This document shows positions 60,801 to 64,000 of a stretch of 64,000 nucleotides of DNA, one piece after another. How positions within the stretch are numbered: position 1 is the first letter of the stretch; every line of letters begins with the position of its first letter. The position numbers and the translations under genes are program-made. The notes below the pieces were generated by a model, which had not been told where the DNA came from, did not search any database, and saw only the letters and a program-made list of their open reading frames with translations. This DNA is from Myxococcota bacterium (GTDB lineage: Bacteria; Myxococcota_A; UBA9042; PHBI01; JAWLBL01): contig JAWLBL010000002.1 of assembly GCA_041687695.1 (NCBI GenBank), forward strand, positions 230,761 through 294,760, written 5' to 3'.

Positions 60801-61850
60801 CTGGCGGTCAACCTGGGCGCGCGCATCCGCACCGAGGACGCGGTGCTGCTCACCCGCACCTTCGGCAGCGAGCTGACCTACGGCGTCGGCGTCGAGACCC
60901 TGCTCGGCAACGACACGGTCACGCTGGCGACGGAGCTGTTCGGCCGCACCGACCTGTCGGACCCCTTCGGATCGCTCGAGAACTCGGGCCTCGAGCTGAT
61001 GTTCGGGCCCAAGTGGATGGTCGTGCCGGGGCTCAGCGTCCAGGCCGCGGCGGGCGCCGGCCTCGTGCAGGGCACCGGCACGCCGGACTTCCGGTTCGTC
61101 GCGGGGGTGCAGTGGGCGCCGCGCTTCGAGGACACCGACGGGGACGGCATCGCCGACGGCGAGGACCGCTGCCCGCTGGTGCCCGAGGACTTCGACGGGT
61201 ACGCCGACGCCGACGGCTGCCCCGACGAGGACAACGACGGCGACGGCATCCTGGACGTCAACGACAAGTGCCCGCTGCAGCCCGAGGACTTCAACGGCGT
61301 GGACGACCACGACGGCTGCCCCGACGCGCCGGACGTCTCGGACATGGACGGCGACGGCATCCCCGACCGCATCGACAAGTGCCCGAGCCTGCCCGAGACC
61401 TTCAACGGGCACCTCGACCAGGACGGCTGCCCCGACGAGCTGCCGCCGACCAACACGCAGCCCACCGGTCCGACGGTGCCGCCCGAGTGCCTGTTCGAGC
61501 TGAACCAGAAGGTGTTCTTCGTGAAGGGGGCGACGTCGCTCACGGACGAGGGCCGCGCCACGCTCGACGAGGTGGCCGAGGCCATCAAGGGCAACTATTT
61601 CATCACGACGGTGGCGGTGCAGGGCCACGCGGACGAGGAGGGCTCCGAGGTGGTCAACCTGAGCCTGTCCAAGCAGCGCGCGAAGGTGGTCGTCGACTAC
61701 CTGGTCGAGCGCGGCGTCGCGCGCGATCTGCTGCCGGCGCGCGGCTTCGGCGAGTCGAACCCCATCATCGACGAGCCCACCGAGGAGGCCTTCCGCCTCA
61801 ACCGACGCGTCGACTTCAAGGTCGAGCTCGGCGGCAAGTGCAGAGAGTAG
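51831..61850 (+). CDS. Giant surface protein (~3339 aa): Cys-rich repeats, beta-sandwich modules, lamin-tail-like domain, DxDGDG repeats, internal MYXO-CTERM-like segment, beta-barrel, TSP3, OmpA
   Basis: Signal ALA-E; CGDG...CDDG; IHPGATEIC; ITEI...WIEIYN; DTDGDG; GCGGG...LLVGLGLALRRRTRR; GTPDFRFVAGVQW; VQGHAD...NLSLSKQRA...GFGE...NRRVDF. Confidence 0.9.
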   Translation: MLRRSQGSNRPLWVDGALRFGLACLVAGAVLAQPWQALAECGDSVVDDGEDCDGGGVDTVDCNADCTAVSCGDGYTNTEAGEACDDGGVDTAGCNADCTAVSCGDGYTNTAAGEACDDGGVDTAGCNADCTAVSCGDGYTNTAAGEDCDDGGVDTAGCNADCTAASCGDGYTNTEAGEACDDGGDTAACNGDCTLPECGDGYWNEAAGEGCDDGAETASCNADCTVAECGDGLVNAEAGETCDDGNAGGGDGCSDACVAETGFECPTPGEACTSICGDGVVVTGEACDDGVGNGTGEGKCLSDCSGVQTCGDGKLEGTEACETSGDSAGCNADCTLPACGDGHLNLAAGEVCDDGNTVGGDGCRADCLGEEECGDGLVDVGEACDDGGTSGGDGCTGSCQLEAGYTCDGAPTVCVASCGVDYGFDGGDHNWVVGGSAAGAFEYGASTFPGVAGGGVGFETALNADLPAGAVDTWVRGQVRVPAASNATKTELVLSYALEGNGADGCVTVYVNDDGSTASGQVHQDCATSAGTVEAVVDLSAHAGTSRFIVVRFQASDSEGFAGLFLDRVAVRADEDGDGVWEFEPQAACDKCVDKDDDGYGHASSHDLASCSAGATADCNDAVAAIHPGATEICDNTADDDCDGQVDLADANCKEDCTNGVDDGGNGLVDCQDVFCAADAFCDPCQREWTFTTGPGKWTSDNATLWQYLPTYSGDGPNDGVWKTGGTETVRDAFGGNGTYTGRVNLQLEVPAIAEGGPKPTLVVRFRHQGDSGNNTDVFGVCINHATCTFNSTSVVYKRATPTGGSYINSDPIDLSAYIGQTITLSLLYDTVNSNQNDNHGVTVSAVRLFSDADGDELFEGPDVACDPCWDVDADGYGHPLSPDLAACPFVQPDCDDGVLAINPGATEVCNTPEDDDCDGLVNGFDDDCGVEDCANGSDDNGDGLVDCADPVCAGDPWCAICGREFTFTTGGGGWVASDNDPDANAGTQVFQWGTNTAEADAGWETMLNANVSTAGSGRVLAHLARSVFVPTTMPAPALEITYRLTGEPNVAKDIFGVCLDKTTSQCDATQAANVAFQTGTNTPVGPTLSKAIVPIPDARKGSTLGIVLFYDTLDGSQNATPGVFIASVTLRSDMDGDGHFENADASCDHCLDADGDGYGDASNPFNDLNACPFAIADCDDADPDTHPGHAQEVCGDPLGKDNDCNGKADLEETVCSSCGNGIVEAGETCDDGPGGAQDVDGDGCSTTCQTEPGAIYITEIHVPKPGGNPGEQWIEIYNSSPGPIDLVSLDLRIKNLVGVTQSFVNDCTPITSTVIAGTSFYVIGFGPAQASDGLGPDATCSSLLQLSEGGDRVEISAAGTVVLDVVDYSSFGCHLGNMVTDGVGRSFVLTNATGRSNATNDSPSVWCLAGPTEDYSASGKHRGSPKTVGGCAEFACDGVDDDCDATTDEALPDDDGDGVCNQQDCAPANDKCATDCSDIDLDGLLDCVDACIDGDGDGYGVSYPERGAGVCLGTDCRDDNAFVFPGAPEATGSEFSCVDGIDNDCDGLVDCSDTGCFDEPACAGEICQAAVDVVCGQKLQVQPVFNDFPCGFGADYVLRFVAPKSEQVVFKLNNLGKRQYGMSVFADGCTNGQCSGSLLTFGSGCTNGGSDAINAVEGTEYFLVVDEVDTCSQGASTAVEVTVSCQEICDSGVDEDADGFTDCADSQCVGAASCAGADYDKDGVSNADEITCGSDPLNNLSKPTPDDLLDVDQDQVLNCVDPDDDGDGFSDAVEASQCLLNPTAKNDATIYPGAPETLDSCSKPNLDNDCNGYYDATEAKCGAKETSCANFIDDDGDGLTDCADTDCVPSVGCFDVDYDGDGVSNGFEIYCKTDPVDPNKKPSAQAASDTDGDGVPNCADLDDDGDDFSDVEELLCGSNPLDPNSIPADNDQDGQCDAADPDDDNDGFPDSIEQVCKSDSLDPLSTPLDPVHDIDQDGICNEQDTDADGDGWTNNMEAVCGTDPLSGASNPVANGLDVDGDGLCDALDTDDDGDGWSDEKEILCGTDKNNADSVPIDANGDGICDVLDQDADGDGWSNAEEALCGTDPLDAGSNPTANGLDMDGDKLCDEVDTDDDGDGWSDVLEGQCEKDPKDPLSVPVDTDGDGICNTLDNDDDNDGWLDPMELLCGTDPLAVDDFPTDTDGDGVCDMVDADADPDGDGWDTATETFCGTDPKDAASTPVDTDGDGLCDAKDTDIDDDGWSNDAEVQCGTDPMLASDVPVDTDGDSICDAVDTDDDGDGMQDADELLCGTDPLDKSVKPLEIDLVDTDGDGLANCVDGDDDGDGLPDVAEQAIGSSQYIKDSDGDGLLDGAEDANQNGVVDEGETSPVLKDTDSDGLDDGLEAASCYAGVGDAPCAPSLGWVADTDGDGLSDGQEDKNRNGKTDPGETSPLVADTDGDGASDGEEVLCATDPLDPESFPVDKDQNGICDGSEKDTDGDGIADGVEVFCGTDPKDLDSVPSLTDLDDFDGDGVINCADGDDDDDGVPDTDELICGYDPRDGTDKPTAVEIADKDGDGQLNCVDTDDDGDGLSDAKEAELGTDPLDMDTDDDGIPDGQEVTLGTDPKKADTDGDGLQDGTEFGLTSGTVDTDPDKFQPDLDPTTTTDPKKADTDGDGLKDGEEDANGNGRIDDGEGDPLDPSDGLADTDGDGLIDRDEVHKWNTDPQKKDTDGDGLDDKLEVDVYFTDPLDPDTDKGGVYDGIEVENGTDPADGEDDFDTAVLSGDNVFGCGGGQGAGPGTWLLVLLVGLGLALRRRTRRVAAIALLATSAATAGPSGEALAQAPAVGNVNIQAFTPAGGRYRVWSVEESIVGPAWTPFGSLIFHGEHDSLRLRAGRHEERLVAAQQVADLNIGLGLFDGLQAELNIPFVVSMESDEDTTSIAPVSGGGLADMALRVRGRILNNLLGGFGLGLSGGVTLPTGDGASFRGDPGVGVLVNAIADYRTPSVVLAVNLGARIRTEDAVLLTRTFGSELTYGVGVETLLGNDTVTLATELFGRTDLSDPFGSLENSGLELMFGPKWMVVPGLSVQAAAGAGLVQGTGTPDFRFVAGVQWAPRFEDTDGDGIADGEDRCPLVPEDFDGYADADGCPDEDNDGDGILDVNDKCPLQPEDFNGVDDHDGCPDAPDVSDMDGDGIPDRIDKCPSLPETFNGHLDQDGCPDELPPTNTQPTGPTVPPECLFELNQKVFFVKGATSLTDEGRATLDEVAEAIKGNYFITTVAVQGHADEEGSEVVNLSLSKQRAKVVVDYLVERGVARDLLPARGFGESNPIIDEPTEEAFRLNRRVDFKVELGGKCRE
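52041..52420 (+). repeat. In-frame 96-bp tandem repeats (CGDGYTNTxAGEACDDGGVDTAGCNADCTAVS)
   Basis: Units begin at 52041, 52137, 52233, 52329 with near-identical DNA. Confidence 0.88.
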
Positions 61851-61959
61851 ACGACGCGCGGCTGGCGCGGCCGTCCGTCGGCTGCGCCGCCCCGGCTGGC
61901 GTTTCGTCGGTCAGGTCGTTTTGCTAGGGTGGTCGGACCACTTCGGGGGTTGGGTGACG

Positions 61960-64000
61960 ATGTTGCGCATGGGTTGGATCGGCTGGTTGGCGCTCGCGCT
62001 CGTCGTGACGCAGGGGGCCTGTGGGGACATCGTGGCGCCGCCGGGCGAGGAGTCGGACGCCACCGGTGACACCGACAAGGACGCCACGGCCAACCGCCCG
62101 CCGGTCATCTCGCCGGTCAGCCCGCTCGACAAGCAGGTCGAGGGGGTGCTCATCGAGATCGAGCTGCAGGTGAGCGACCCCGACGACGACAAGGTCACGG
62201 TCACGGCGGCGGGGCTGCCCAACGGGGCGACCTTCGACGCGGCCAAGCGGCGCTTCGCGTGGACGCCGTCGGCCTCGACGGCCATGTACGGCGAGCCGAC
62301 CTCGGTGACGGTGACCTTCACGGCCAAGGACGACGGCGAGCCGCAGCAGAGCGACGAGCTGCAGCTGCAGATCGTCGTCTACAACGACCAGGACGGCGAC
62401 GGGATCCGCGACGAGGACGACGACGACCTCGACGGCGACGGGCTGACCAACGCCGAGGAGCTGGCGCTGGGCACCAAGGTCGAGGTCGACGACACCGACG
62501 GGGACAACGTCAAGGACGGCAACGACAACTGCCCGCTGACCAAGAACCAGGGGCAGAAGGACACGGACGCCGACGGGCGGGGCGACGACTGCGACCCCTG
62601 CCCGCTCGACGGGGACGACGACGCCGACGACGACGGGCACTGCGGCAACGTGGACAACTGCCCGGACGTGGCGAACGCCGACCAGAAGGACGACGACTCG
62701 GACGGCCAGGGCAACGCCTGCGACCCCTGGCCCACCGATCCCAACGACGACGCGGACGACGACGGCATCCCCGAGCCGGCCGACAACTGCCCGACGGTGG
62801 CCAACGCGGGGCAAGAGGACGCGGACGAGGACGGGATCGGGGACGCCTGCGACAGCTGCCCGGCCGACCCGCTGAACGACCAGGACAAGGATCTGGTCTG
62901 CGGTGACGTCGACAACTGCCCCGAGCACAACAACCCCAATCAGACCGACACCGACGAGGACGGCATCGGCGACGCCTGCGACACCTGCCCGAACCAGCCG
63001 GGCACGGATCTGGACGGCGACGGGGTGTGTGGCGACGACAACTGCCCGTCGGTGCCGAACGTCGACCAGAAGAACTCGGACGGCGACCTGCACGGCGACG
63101 TCTGCGACCCGTGCCCGTTCGACCCGAACGACGACGCGGACGACGACGGGGTCTGCGGCGACGTCGACGTCTGCCCCGAGGTGGCCGACGCGGGCCAGGA
63201 GGACGCGGACGAGGACGGAGTGGGCGACGCGTGCGACGCCTGCCCGCTCGACCCGAACAACGACGAGGACGCCGACGGGGTCTGCGGCGACGTGGACAAC
63301 TGCCCGACCGAGGCCAACGCCGACCAGGCGGACGTCGACGGCGACGGCCTGGGCGACGTCTGCGACCCGGACATCGACGGCGACGGCGTCCTCAACGGGG
63401 ACGACAACTGCCCCGCGGACGCGAACCCTGGCCAGCAGGACCTGGACGGGGACGGAAAGGGCGACGCGTGTGACGAGGACGCCGACGGCGACGGTGTCCT
63501 GGACGCTCAGGACAACTGCCCCGGCGTGGCCAACCCGACGCAGGTCGACGTCGACGGCGACGGGCTGGGCCTGGCCTGTGACGGTTGGGTCGACATCCCC
63601 AAGGTGATGCTGCCCGACTCGCCCTTCCTGGACGCGCTGGGCCACGCGCACGGCCGCACCGTGGCCTTGACGCTCTTCGGCGTGAACCCCTGCTCCGCCT
63701 TCCCCAGCGCCTGCGCCGACCCGACCTTGTTGGTCTTCGAGGGTGGCGAGTACTTCACGGGCCTGCCGGCCTACCTGCCCTTCGGACCGGACGGCGCCCT
63801 GGGGCAGCCGTTCGTCGGCCCCGACGAGGCGGCGTTCTTCCCCGCCCGCGACGGCAACGGCGGCTTCGCGCTCGACCGCGTCGTGGGCGGTGAGCTGGCC
63901 GAGGCCTTCGCCGACGAGATCTACAGCATCGCCAGCTTCGTCGCGGCCCCGAACGGCACGACCCTGGCGGCGGTCGACTACCAGGGCCGCGCGCTGCTGT
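61960..64000 (+). CDS. Thrombospondin type-3 repeat lipoprotein with Ig-like domain, runs off the window
   Basis: Not in the ORF track; manual reading MLRMGWIGWLALALVVTQGAC, NRPPVI...SDPD...GLPNGATFD...FAWTP, then many DNCPxxxNxDQxDxDxDGxGDAC units. Confidence 0.85.
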   Translation, partial: MLRMGWIGWLALALVVTQGACGDIVAPPGEESDATGDTDKDATANRPPVISPVSPLDKQVEGVLIEIELQVSDPDDDKVTVTAAGLPNGATFDAAKRRFAWTPSASTAMYGEPTSVTVTFTAKDDGEPQQSDELQLQIVVYNDQDGDGIRDEDDDDLDGDGLTNAEELALGTKVEVDDTDGDNVKDGNDNCPLTKNQGQKDTDADGRGDDCDPCPLDGDDDADDDGHCGNVDNCPDVANADQKDDDSDGQGNACDPWPTDPNDDADDDGIPEPADNCPTVANAGQEDADEDGIGDACDSCPADPLNDQDKDLVCGDVDNCPEHNNPNQTDTDEDGIGDACDTCPNQPGTDLDGDGVCGDDNCPSVPNVDQKNSDGDLHGDVCDPCPFDPNDDADDDGVCGDVDVCPEVADAGQEDADEDGVGDACDACPLDPNNDEDADGVCGDVDNCPTEANADQADVDGDGLGDVCDPDIDGDGVLNGDDNCPADANPGQQDLDGDGKGDACDEDADGDGVLDAQDNCPGVANPTQVDVDGDGLGLACDGWVDIPKVMLPDSPFLDALGHAHGRTVALTLFGVNPCSAFPSACADPTLLVFEGGEYFTGLPAYLPFGPDGALGQPFVGPDEAAFFPARDGNGGFALDRVVGGELAEAFADEIYSIASFVAAPNGTTLAAVDYQGRALL

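Overview
Very GC-rich bacterial DNA, most likely Myxococcota (MYXO-CTERM-like tags, CGDG cysteine-rich repeats, TSP3/OmpA proteins, many lipoproteins); the taxon is inferred, not searched. About 43 plausible genes; most long ORFs in the track are GC-driven shadow frames. Housekeeping genes (murI, argR, argG, lipB, fumC, cysteine desulfurase, UDP-GlcA decarboxylase, VKOR-DsbA, two cation:proton antiporters) are interleaved with cell-envelope loci of unknown function. No rRNA, tRNA, CRISPR array, transposase or integrase was seen. Best candidates for undescribed systems: (1) a ~3340-aa surface protein that looks like a TraA-like adhesin joined in frame to a TraB-like barrel/TSP3/OmpA protein through an internal MYXO-CTERM plus a second signal peptide, i.e. 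a possible polyprotein; (2) a four-gene operon of a 1029-aa membrane-anchored repeat protein and three MIDAS-less vWA lipoproteins, two with CglF/GltF-like motifs; (3) a radical-SAM/SPL-like gene missing one cluster cysteine, with three SOS-like boxes, a clamp-binding-like tail and a downstream 27-bp hairpin array; (4) a 5'-nucleotidase/OB-fold lipoprotein/outer-membrane barrel operon. Also present: a DEDDh-WYL fusion, Fur-box-linked unknown ORFs, an HmuY/FAAL rearrangement scar and a 30-bp-arm palindrome. All family calls are from motif recognition by eye.
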